Below are positions 28,122 through 39,900 of a stretch of DNA of 64,000 bases, in pieces (the first letter of the stretch is position 1; each line of letters opens with the position of its first letter). The notes beneath the pieces are model-generated. The model ran no database searches, had not been told where the DNA came from, and saw only the letters and a list, made by a program, of their open reading frames with translations. Both the position numbers and the translations under genes were made by a program. The stretch is from Raillietiella orientalis (lineage: Eukaryota), in contig JAYWIR010000011.1 of assembly GCA_036172245.1 (NCBI GenBank), positions 496,001 to 560,000 of the forward strand, written 5' to 3'.

Positions 28122-28326
28122 TAAACCGATCCGGTTGGAAGTTGCAAAGATGTATTTTTAGGAAGTGGTCTGTCAAGTCCGAGATCGCGAAGGACTTACG
28201 CGGAAAGCCTGCAGGCTTACCAGATGTTTCCGCTGGTGAAATCCGACCTCGTGGAGGGCTTGGAAAGTCGGATGGGCTCCGCCCACCAGCCACCAAATAG
28301 ACAAGGGGAGAGGGGATAGGTGAAAA

Positions 28327-28505
28327 ATGGCGGTACGCTGTCAATAGCAGCAGGATGGAAGCGCCTCGCCGGTTTTCTTCTCGTAAACGAAGAAGTGTTT
28401 AAGAAGAGGCCTGCAGCTAAGCGTCGGCTTTTGCATAAATTTGGTTGTGATGCGCGTAAGCGTAGGCGTCGGTCCAACGCAAGAAGAACAAAGTCGTTGC
28501 TGTCG
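28327..28505 (+). pseudogene. Putative capsid Arg-rich N-terminus, copy 2
   Basis: ATGGCG in the same context as copy 1; RFSSRKRR and KKRPAAKRR...ARKRRRRSNARRTK across frameshifts. Confidence 0.6.
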
Positions 28506-29361
28506 CCAGGATGAACCAGGGACCACCAGAGAAGTTGAAAAGCTGCAGAGGAAAACACTATGGGGGCATTATCGCCCAAGAGTACGGTTAAAACCCCTGT
28601 GTCATCCCAGGGAAGAGGGCGGTTCCGGGATGAAGTCGCTTGCACATTCCATGGAAATCATGGATTCACGACACATCCTGAACATCACTACTCACTGGGA
28701 TGACTGGCCGTACGCGGCGCATAGGGCCTACGCGTTGTTGAACAACTCGACAGGTCTGATGACTGCGCTGCTAGGCCGAGCAAGGGAATGGATCAACATC
28801 GACCCCAGATGGAGGGGAAAACAACGGTTGGTGCGAAAGCACAAGATCAAGATCGTGCCAAGAAGCAGGGAGCTCTGGCAGGATGAATCCATGCTGGTGA
28901 TCCCGTGGATGCTTCCGGTCCCTCCTGACACGAGAAGCTGGATCTACCAGCGGCCCAGAGTTACCCTGCAAAGAATCCAGGAATGGCAACGAGGAGGATA
29001 CCTACATCCCACTCGTATACTTCGGTATATAGAGATGATGTTAGGTAGGTTTACCCACAAGACTCGCGAAGTATGGAAAAACCACGACTTCGCGTGGTCC
29101 AGGGCAACCAAGATGAACTACCGAAGAATTTTCAAAGAAGGGGAACAAGATACCAGTGCCCTCCAAGAAGCTGCCGATCGCTACGGATCAACCTGTTAGC
29201 GATCGGCACGATGCTCTGGAGGAGTGACCTACCACCGGACACCCAGGACAACCTCCTGATGTTCTATCATGGAGGAATCCTGAGCGGGTCCAGATTGAAG
29301 CATTTTACTGGAAGACGGGATGACGAAGACTGCAAAGCGTGTGGCGACATTGACAGTGTAC
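28506..29361 (+). mobile_element. Internal fragment of family B non-LTR ORF2 inside the viral capsid gene
   Basis: LCHPREEGGSGM (L1/Tx1-type motif), WIYQRPRVTL, knuckle CKACGDIDSV; homologous to 12170-13250; no 3' UTR. Confidence 0.82.
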
Positions 29362-29669
29362 GATGGTATCAAAAGGGTATACTGTATTGAGTTAAAGGTT
29401 TGCCAACTGGGAAGAGTGTAAAGTATCCTTGGCTGGATAGTGGCGAGGAAAGCGGCCTGGATATGGAAATGAAAGTTCAGATAGGGTTCAGCCGTGTACA
29501 TGTAATGAAGCATATGTCTGGAGTTGATATATCAGATGAGCTGAAAGACGGTTGTTCCCGAGGTGTGTGTCCAAAGCAAGGGACATTGAACAAAGGTTAT
29601 CCTGTGTATAGAGTAACGAGAAAACTCTATCTGGAATCTAAACAAACGAGAGACGTTGGGTTTTATTGA
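29362..29669 (+). pseudogene. Putative capsid C-terminal part, copy 2
   Basis: Non-LINE frame WYQKGILY*VKGLPTG...MKVQIGFSRVHVMK ending convergent with the rep stop; assigned mainly by position. Confidence 0.5.
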
Positions 29670-29792
29670 CTGATGTGGCTATTGATGGGAGACAAAGTAC
29701 TTATTAAAGAGTCAGGGGCTCGTTCTGTTCTAGGGCTTGAAGAACAAGCCCATGGAAGAATGGCTCCTTCCTCATTCATTGTCCAATGGGTG

Positions 29793-30045
29793 TTATGTTT
29801 CTGCTCTTGCAATATTCTTGATAACCCATCTGTCACTGGACATCTTGGAGTAGTCAGGTTCCCAGTTTGCGAAGATGATGATGTGGGGAACAGCAAAGTA
29901 CTTGATTGTACCTTGATATTTGGAGTCGAATACAATTCCATTTTTTAGACTCTCGATGAAGCCGTACCTGACGTGCTCTTGGCTGTCCCGAGTTACGTCA
30001 ACAACGATGATCAGCTCGCCGTTATAGATGTGGGCAGCGTCTTGT
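29793..30045 (-). pseudogene. rep: CRESS Rep C-terminal SF3 helicase part, copy 2
   Basis: QDAAHIYNGELIIVVDVTR (Walker B), YGFIESLKNG..SKY, PHIIIFAN (motif C), SDRW; resembles nanovirus/alphasatellite-like and related unclassified CRESS helicases. Confidence 0.92.
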
Positions 30046-30331
30046 TCCCACTCTGGAGAATATGCTAAGTGAACTTGCCTGCATCCTCGAAAAGAAACAG
30101 AGGACTGCCCCTGGCAGAACGTGATCCCTTCCTGCATCCTCCCAAGTGTATTAATTTTTTTATTTTTATTTCTGCTTCTTTTTGTTTGCTCCCTCCCTCT
30201 GCTGCCTTTGCGGACCTCACCGGTCTGTTCACCGACAACTTGGCAGAATCCTTTGAAAATTGACGTGTTTGGACCATCGGTCCAAAGACGTCAATTTCAC
30301 CCGAGTACGTCCCGGCGTACTCGGGTGAAAA
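30043..30331 (+). mobile_element. Family A LINE 3' end (continuation of 25850-27349)
   Basis: TCCCAC..GAACTTGCCTGCATCC..GTGATCCC, T-rich UTR, terminus CCCGGCGTACTCGGGTGAAAA. Confidence 0.85.
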
Positions 30332-30419
30332 GGCACTCAGGATAATCTCATTTCTATCACGGAGTCATTCCGAGTTGTTCCAAAATTAAACATTGGACAG
30401 GCAACTGACCAGAGAGCTC

Positions 30420-31010
30420 CGCAAGGCATATGGAGCCAAGGAAAACCAGCTCCACATACATCCCCATGTTCCCGACGCGGAGCCAGGATTGAGCAAAGCT
30501 GAAGGCGATGACCGGCCGGCAGGTCCAAACGAAGACCTTGGTGGGCATGTTTAAAGGGAACGCAAACGTTCCCAGGTACAACCCCATGATCTGCACCACC
30601 ATGTCCCTCTTCATCGCGAGCATCGTGATAAGGGCAAAGTTGCAGAACACCAACGTGTCAGTGCCTGCTGCCAATATCTTACAAGGCCTCATCAGGAGGG
30701 AGATTGGGATCAGGAACTGCGGCAGAGTATCCGCCTGGACTCATCGCTACATCTTGAAGAAGATGGCGGATGTGGATCCAGTGAGTGGAATGCCAACCAG
30801 AGCCTAGTGACCCCTACGCCAAAAGGAAATTTCCAGAGTTAACAAAAAGTGACAATTACTGACTCGAAGTGTTATGTGCAAAAACACTCGAGAAAGTGTC
30901 TACAAAATTGGTGATTGTAATTACCGTTTTCAAAGTTGATGAACAGATTCATCTCCTCGGCCGGTCGGACTGGGGACATTTTTGTATATTCCCCGTTAAA
31001 CAGCCGTATC
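30420..31010 (+). mobile_element. 5'-truncated family B element with 3' UTR
   Basis: GMFKGNANVPRYNP...GIRNCGRVSAWTHRYILKK, then TAGTGACC. Confidence 0.78.
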
Positions 31011-32299
31011 CGAAAATGGTGACCGAAGTGTTATCGAAATGGTAAATGTATCCAGGGCCCATAGATACAAGCTACAAACAATAAGTTGGGGCGTTGATAC
31101 GATGAAGAAATATTCTGAATTAACATTTTGAACGACGGACAAACTTCTTTGTATAACGAGGTCATCATCTTTGGATATGCGCGTGTGACAGTGCTCAGAG
31201 GAGGGGGGGAAAAAAACCAGAAACGAAGTAACTCGTTCTGCGAATGGGTTGCGACTTGCCGCGAACTAAAACACAAGTAGAAAAGAATGTTAGCCTGATT
31301 CATTTGCTTTGGAACTTCATGAGTAAAATAAAGACAAAAAGGCTCCAAGAGGAATAGGGAGGGCAGTAAAAATTTCTACGACGTTCTCGGTTCAGTCATA
31401 CATGCTACAAAGGCCGTCATTAGGTTCTTTTTGCGACGCCAAACGGTTGTGAGTAAATGCAGGCAAAATCATCTCTTAATTATACCGTCTGCTGCTTATT
31501 ATGCATCATTTTATCGTTTTTCGCTTTAGTTTTCAACTCATAGGTATCGGTTCGTTTGCTGCCAAACCTAATGCACCATTCTTTCGACATCCGTTAAGAA
31601 ATATTTCATTTTCTCAAAATAATCAATCAAAACCAGAAGCACATCAGTGTTTCTGCAGAAGCCCTCATTTCTTTCATTTAATTCAAAGGGAATGCCCGAT
31701 GAAGCATCCTAAGATATAATGTGGAACGGGAGAATGACTGAAATTCAGGCAGGACCGGAGAACTTCGTTCGATTTCAGCAAAGGCCTCCTCACGGACTCC
31801 CCATATTTCTTCATCCCGACGCTGATTCAACGCCGAGGGGGCCAACGATTCTCTAAGAGGAGATTCACGGATGATGAAAATCATCGATGCTGTAACAATG
31901 AAAGCAGCATCTTAGAGATTAAACTTAAAAAAGGGAGTATCTTAGAAACCAACATTTAACATGATAAGAACTTTGAATTTTTCTCTTTTTCAGGAATAGT
32001 TTTTTTTTCTGAGGAAAATTTTCATGGTTTGCAAAAAGAAACTCCTATGAGCGGCTGGAGAACAGAAATTATCTTATTAATACTTCTTGCTTCCTACTGC
32101 ATCTACATTTACCTATGCATACAGCAAGATAGATTAGAAAAGGAGCTGGAAGAAGCAAGAGAGAGAGCCTCCAAAAAGTAGAGATGGGCAAATTTGTGAC
32201 CGTCCATGACCTCCAAGAACAAATACAAAATCCGTTCCAAGGTCTGCTTCCCCCGTCCCCCCTTCCTCGTTCCCACTCTGAACATTCTTTTTCCTCCGT

Positions 32300-33300
32300 A
32301 CGATCCACTAGAAGCGTCTGAAGAGTTTCTGTTTTGCAAGAAGACCTTGTCTGGAGACTGGATTCCGAATCTTTAAGGAATCTCTTAACGCAGATTCTCG
32401 AATAGCATCGGATGAACCTAGGTACCCGGCTTACCTTGGGGATCCCTTTGTCGGTCATGCATCGGAGGAGGAAAAAGCATTTACCCTTTTGTACAGACGC
32501 ATTTTCTAAGCACGACCCATCCTGTGTAGCCACTTGAATAAAAATGCCATGACATAGTAACCAATGGAGACAGTCGATGCAACTGGAAAAATCCTTCCGG
32601 TTGATTTTGGCCGAAATCTCCAAATTGGTCTTTCTCTTCCTTATTTACAGGAATGCCCCCATGGCACGGGTGCTTTTGCGATTGGAAGCTGGAATCCAAG
32701 CCGGAATCACTTGAAGCTCTCAGATGCAGAAGGAAGCCTCGGTCTCGATTCGGGTGTTATCTCCCACGTTAAACTTTACAGCGAAATGGGAGAACGTTCG
32801 CTATTTCATCTTTGGATTCTTGCTGCCCGAGGATCAAGGCCCACTGCTCCACCCACTATAACAGACTGAAGTGTGTTATGCTTGCCTGATGACGACTCCT
32901 ACGGGAAGCGCGTGTGCTGTGCGAGAGACGACCGACTTTGACACTCGTGCTGTTCGAATAGTTCCACATGGGTAAGACTCCAGCGTGAACAAATTCGGTA
33001 TGCATCCACCTGCGACTGTCGTGGATGTCTGCAGCCTCATTGCCTTTCCGCGTGTACACCTTGCAGACGTGGCTGAAAGGAATGCGGGAAAAACTTCCCA
33101 AAAGCAGGTTCTGGAAGGTTTGTCGGAGATTCCAACGTTTACTTACCAAGTTGTGAGACGACGGCTTGTGAGTGACAAGAATCACGTAGAGTTCGCAGGG
33201 TTGTGTCTGCTGTTCCATTCTGCCACGAATTGGCACTCATTTGATAGCTTCCCAGGGACCAGGTGATGTAAAGGTCTGCAGGTTGGAACATTCAGGAAGT
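32300..33300 (+). mobile_element. Highly degenerate non-LTR-like remnant
   Basis: TGFRIFKES and YLG-like remnants, GC-richer than host sequence; weak evidence. Confidence 0.35.
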
Positions 33301-34685
33301 CTGGTGATCAGGGAAGGGATCGTTGAATCTGATGGCTGCTGCTGTCTTGGGAACGAGAGACAATAGGCCAAGAGTTTGTTTTTTTCATAGGATGATGGAC
33401 TTGGGAACCATACGATTGCGAAAGAAGCATAAAAGTGGAGGGAAGCGTTAAAATATTCTCGTGGTTTGTTGCAGATGGAGCATTCAATGACGATAAAACA
33501 AAGTCAATTGCAACTTTGCCTCAAACCAGTGGCAACCAAACAAACATAAGGATGCCAAAGAGGACCTTCTGGAATGCACATTTGCATTGGACTGCACTGT
33601 TTCCTTAAATTCTGCATGGAAACTAAGCCTCTGGGCAGAAACAGGTTCTTGCTATAACGTTATGTACGTTGTATATACGCAATGCTTAAACATTCAAGTT
33701 TCTGGTGTATCGGACACACAAATGATAAACAAAAAAGCGTCTTCATAACTTGAAAGTGCAGTGTGCCTGAAGTTCATGCGCATCCACGGTCCCAACTCTA
33801 TGCGCTCTGAGCAATTGCCTTACACATGTAGAATTATAGAAATATTAATATTAGCCCCGATGTACACGATATCAGAAACCTATTTTGGATGCCACGAGTA
33901 TCAGGGTTAATATTTGATTTCATGTCGCCTATATCAGGCAAATAACCAGAAACAAATGTTGATGGCACAATGCCAGTAAGGATTAAGACCATAAGTGCAT
34001 GCAAACATACTTTAATCTGGGTCTGAATCTGAGTACAATACATACACATCTCATATGCTGAATGCATATGAGATGAGTCCCAGGTACGAACTTCTTTCAA
34101 CATTATAAATAGCAAGTGAGAGTGCAATACATCTACGAGGTAACAGTGTTAACCTTAAGCTAAGCTCATTTGCAGTGGGCAGTGAACAAGGAAGGAAGGG
34201 GCCGTGAAATGGAAAGCCAGATGGGAAATGTAGCTGATCTACATCAGCACAACATCTCATGTATGGGTTAAATTCCTGAATTATTGTAATAATGTAATGT
34301 TGACCTATACTGCAAGTTCAAGCTTGAATAAAATATAGGCTCTGCCAGATCATAAAGCTGGGTAAATAGAATAAGTTTAAGCACGATGTTTGTTTCACAA
34401 AGTAAAGCAATTCTTGGATAAGATCAAAATTCTTGCAAACAATTCAATTTTAACACCTTCCAGTAATTTCTCACACAGAATAGGAAATCTGATAGCTTGC
34501 AGAACGAAATTTTAGATTAGAAAACGACATCATGATTCTGTAAAAGGGTTTACAATGTATTCAACTTCTTGAACTTGAAAGTGAATTTAATTTGTGTTCA
34601 AGTATCAATCACCCTGTAGATGCAACAAATGGATGCATCCTCAATGATTTGCAAATGACTTATACAAATTAAGAAACCATGAACA

Positions 34686-36928
34686 TTAGTCATCTCTCAA
34701 TTTATAAGGCAAAATGGTAACTTTGAGATCGAGACCCATTTGACTTCGAAGCATAGATGCTGCATGACTCATCTGAATAGCACAATCAGGATGCATATTG
34801 CCAGGGAGTAAGGTGCACTCCCTTTCCAGAATAGAAGCTAATCCTTCCAACAATTCGTAAAATCCCAAAGACAGAGCACCTTTACGTATCCGGTTCAATT
34901 CCTAATAGCTCAATAGAATCTACAATGTAGTTACTACACTTACTTTATAAAAATGTTGAATTTTTTCTGGTAGCTTGCGTGCATGTCTTAACAATTTTTG
35001 AATATCAGTTTGAAGGCCAGATTGCCTTATCCAAACTACACAATTCTGTGAATAACTTCTCTTTTCAATAACTCTCTGTGCAGAAATGTTATCAGGAAGA
35101 GGAGGTCCTAGTCTTCGCAAATCACCTAACCAAGGAACTGGCTGATGACCTGCAAAATACTCTGGAATGCATGATCTTTTCCAACTTACCTGGCACAAAT
35201 AACGTTAACATAAGATTAGCTTTCTTGCGATTATCAGCCCAAGAATAGAGAATACCAAACCAGTCAGCATCCACTGTGCACAGTGCAACCATATTTCTTA
35301 CTTTAAGTGCACCATGCAGGAGGACACAAAATGATGGAATAGTTTCCTCCTCCTCTTTGATATCATTTTCAGGAGCTACTGGACATACTAAATGCCTTGA
35401 AAGAGCAGGTGGAGATGCCACATCAGAAACACTCATGAAGCCACAAATGTCTATGGTTTCAGATATGCACTTATATACAACATCAAAATCATGAACACGA
35501 TGATATGGTTGAGGAATAGGGGACAATATGACAGGAGAAGATAGTTTACCACAACAAATCTGTCTTTGAAATGAACGAAAATGTTCTTCTGCCAATTTAT
35601 TGAACATGGTATTGACAGTCTGCAATCTCTTAAAAGAATTCTGATCACCCTGCAATTCATACCAGCTGTGTTATAGGATTATCTGGGAAATACACATCTC
35701 CTCCAGGACTATTTGCTTCTATTATTTGTTTGTAAAATGGAATGCTTTTTTTTATTGACTCTTCATTGGGATCAGCAATACACATAACATGCAACTTGCA
35801 TGGAAATGAGAAAATGATAGGGGCTTTCTGCTGAAGGCTAATACTACCATCAGTTACTAAAACAATCTACAAAATCGAAAACCACGTATTACATTACTAA
35901 AGTCTCCATCTGAAGCATATAAGTTTAAAAAATGTCAAAAAGTTTACATGTTCTTGTCTATTCTCCCACTTTTTTTTTTTTTTGTAACTCCATAGTTCAA
36001 GAAAATGATAATTCTTAAAATTTGTTTTCAGTGTTACTCTTATGATGCTATAAAGGGTAGTATACATGAAACAAAGACAAATGGCATAAAAAGAAATTAC
36101 TTATCGGAAAACGAGAGTTTTACTTTAATTGAAATTCCTCTTTTTTTGTTGCCTAGTTTATGCATCCCAATTCACGAAAACAATACGTGGCCTTTCAAAC
36201 AACCACTTTTTCTATAAGCTAATAACGCATTTACTATTATCAAGGTTACTAGTATACAAAATTACATTATCTACACCATACCTGACATGGAAAGTTGGAT
36301 CCCCATTCCTCGAGAACAACACCATTCACTCCAATTAACGCATCTTCCACAGAAGTTTTATCATATATCTCCAATTTGTTAAGAGATTGGTCGATTTGTT
36401 CAAAATCTCGAGTGAATGCAACCATAACTTCGTACAATGACGAAAAAACAACCTATTGATAAATATACAATGCAGAAAATTCAAAAACTTATCAAGTTGA
36501 CAAATTTAATTTTTGCATCATTTACAATCAACTGGATTTCACTGTAAATCTATTTATGGCAAGCATGAATCCTTCATTGACTTCTATGCTTGACTTTCTC
36601 AAAACAGTAGAATAGACTTGTTTATTGCAATAGAAACCTGTAAATTGAAACATTCCACGCAAATTACTTATGACATACATGGACAATATAAATATAGGCT
36701 TAAAAGTATTTAGATCCACTAAAATAGAACATGACATAATACCGATTCTTTTCAAAGTCTTACCAAAGAAGCAAATTCCAATTTGCAATGCTGAGCCATA
36801 AAAGTTATAAAGTGTTTCAAACCATTAGTGGCTAATTGGATACAAGTTTCTGATTCTTGTTTTTCAGATGAACACTTGATAGGTCTCAACATAGACAAGG
36901 AAACATCTAGTAAAAGCACAGTAGGCAT
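34686..36928 (-). CDS. INTS14: Integrator complex subunit 14 (VWA9)
   Basis: MPTVLLLDVSLSMLRP..KLEFASL, PSFCVLLHGALKV, WFGILYSWAD, KRSYSQNCVVWIRQSGLQTDIQKLLRHARKLPEK, LERECTLLP..HPDCA; multi-exon. Confidence 0.95.
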
Positions 36929-39900
36929 ATTTCCGTAAAATTAACGAATCCTGGGCACTTATAATTATAAAATGTATCCAATCTGTAACCCACAGTACTT
37001 TTGTGCTTCAGTCGCCATGAAAATGTTGGATAACACGCATCCAACTTAAGAACCTCTTTTCCTTCTCAAGCTTTTGTTGTGAAATGAAAAAACCAACACC
37101 TAACAAATGTATGGAGGACCGTTATTTGATGTCCGCGTTTCATGTTTTGGAATGCATCCCTTTTTCCTTGATTAATGTTTTCGATTAATTTGTTTATATG
37201 TTGGCCAGTAACATATTCGGATTCGAAAATTTATTGATTTGTTATTTATTGGTTTAATACAATTTAATTCATGCTTACGGCGAAGTGATTCAGTACTTCA
37301 GCATATTCAATGACAAAATGGAACACGCATTTGCTATGTCGAAAAATTAAGAAAGTTATACTAATTTTCCCATTTACATCATTTTTTGTTGTGCAACATA
37401 ATTTGCTTACTGTTAAATGCATCGCGCTTATTTCGAGCAGTGTATCCTGTGGATAAAGCATCCATTATTCCTAGAGTAAGTTTAATTGCACATAATGCAA
37501 GACAAAAGAAGGAGTTCATGCCAACATACAGACTTGTACAAGAAATCATGATTACATTTTAATTTTCCAAACTCTCTGCCTATATTGTGTTTTTAAAGAT
37601 ATTTTAATACAATGCAGCCATTATCTTAAGTGGCATCATATTCCATTTATGGATACATATTCGTTTTTCCACGGGATTCTATAACTAGTGTAGAAGCGAA
37701 ATACATAATTTAATCTTTATTTTATTAAGGAAGATTATTTTTTTGAAAAATGCTTACCTTAAAGATAGAAACATAATGTTAGAAAATGAGTCAAATGACA
37801 CTGTGCATACAATAAAAACGTGTTGCATTCATGGCAACAGTTTCCATTCTAGAACCTTCATCTGGAATCTTACTAAGTAGCTCTCATTTGAATTTAGTTT
37901 CTTTTCTTTATAATTATAGGAGTAACCATGTAGATTATGCGTGGACCCAGGAGTATATGGATGTAAACTCTCGAAATCACTTGCTGCTCAATCACGGAGT
38001 CAGTAACATACGTAATAATTAACATTACAGCAAGGAGAATTTATTGAATTTGTTACAAACATGATTTTTGAAATACCAGTTAGCATTGATTTCAGGTCGA
38101 TCATGCAATGGTGGGACAATGGCACCTTGAAAGTTTGAGGAAGAAGGATCAGAAGTGGGAATATTTAAAAGATACCGTTCTCTGAGCAAGCTACTAAACA
38201 CTTAGCATCCTCCATCCGATTTACACATACATAAAAAAAAGTGTAATCATGATAATGTATCAAGTAAATCTTTTTTGACTTCAGTAGTTCCCTATTAGAG
38301 TAAAAGCGTCGATAATAAAGTACATTCAGTGCATGCGGAGATCATGTGACACCTACTCGTGCTTTGTCATTCTTAAGTGAATTCAGAAAAATTCAAAACA
38401 TGGACTTCAGAATCCTCCCATAATTATTGAACATATAGATACATATTTTCTTCGTGATACCTATTCAATTACACAAACAGATTCAAGATCAGTTCGAAAT
38501 ACTTTCTATGATGATTCTTTGCCTCCGGAATAGTTATGGCTGTGTAGTAAATTAGCATGACTTCTATAGCATGTTCATGAAAGAAAAAAAAATATATACC
38601 TTCTCTTAAGAAACTTTCTGTTCATCGGAAAATGAGCAGAATTCGAGGGATACGCAGAATTTACGGGGTGGAGCGAGCGGCTATGTGCAGACGATGCCCG
38701 ATTCAAATGAGAGTTGCAAAAATTCCTAATTAAAGTTAACAGAACATCTGCATAAGCTAGAAGCAAATCATTATTTTAAACGTCTAGCATCATTTCAGAA
38801 AGCAAAATCAAATAAGCTAAAAGAATTAAGTGAGTTTAGAAAGATACGTTTTGAAAGAATGAACCAACTGCTAGCATGAATGGGAAAGCGTCACGTAGTT
38901 TCGAAACGGGCTTATTAAAAAAATTAAATTTGCCACTATTTTCCACGACTGTCATTGCCTCCAAAGTGTTTTGCTCACAAACAGGTTTTAAAAACTTTAC
39001 TCCATATGTTTTTTTTTTTCATAGAGACAAATAATTTCAGAACTGAGACAGATACTTGCATATTTTCATAAGTGTATCAAGAGAAGAAAGTTACAGTCTG
39101 AAAATATTGGAAACGTTCATCCACCCTGGCAGTAGCATTTGTTTCAAACGACCATGGGAACCTCAAATCAATGAAGAATTAGTTAAGGACTTCAACAAAA
39201 ATCTAGGGATATTCAGTTTAAGTGTTTTACCACTACAACGATTTGTTCGAAATATGACTCAAATCACAAATGAATTTGCAGCATTAAACGAGAGATAAGT
39301 ATGACGGAAAAAAGGCATTCGTGAGGAAGCACAATGTAATAGTGAAAGAATAACAAAAATCATGGGTCCTTCCCAAAGTGTTTTTAGGCAAAAATTACCT
39401 GGATGTATCTCCGTACAATTGCCATGGACATTCCCAAAATGAGAGCTTGTGAAAGTGACTTCGAAATATGGTGGACCTGAGAATCATGGACAGTTCATAA
39501 ATATCTTAGGACTCTTCTGCAAATTTTCATATAGAGTTGACCATTGACCATTCTGTCGTTTTTCAGATGTCTTCATCAACGTACGGATAAATTATCTCCT
39601 TTTGATTTATGAATCAGTGTGCAGGGAAAGAGCGGATATAAAAATCATAAAAGGGGCTTACGCTACCTCAGGCAGTACATTACTCCAACAATAGTTCGAG
39701 TCATCTAAATAGGATAACCTTAGCTTTTCCGATCCCTAACCACCAATGATTACCGGGGCATATGATGGCACTAAACAAACAGCAACTAGGTTTTCTTATC
39801 CTTTCCTGATATTCTATTTTGTTTATTCGCCAGCTACTACTCAAAATATAACGTCATTCATTGCAATCTTGGAGTTTATTACTAATCTGTGGTTATTCAT

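Larger units (their letters stand above)
27350..30045. mobile_element. Endogenous CRESS virus, copy 2: circularly permuted near-complete ambisense genome
   Basis: Order is rep-N(-), ori, cap-N(+), LINE-B piece, cap-C(+), rep-C(-); the two rep halves abut when the ends are joined. Confidence 0.88.

Noticed and set aside
28097..28130. CTGATGA..AAAC as a hammerhead ribozyme core
   Set aside because: It is part of the ori hairpin, is not conserved in copy 1, and lacks the required stems.
27339..30050. 11-bp inverted repeats as TIRs of a DNA transposon carrying the virus
   Set aside because: They align to LINE coding sequence plus microhomology; no TSD or transposase is present.
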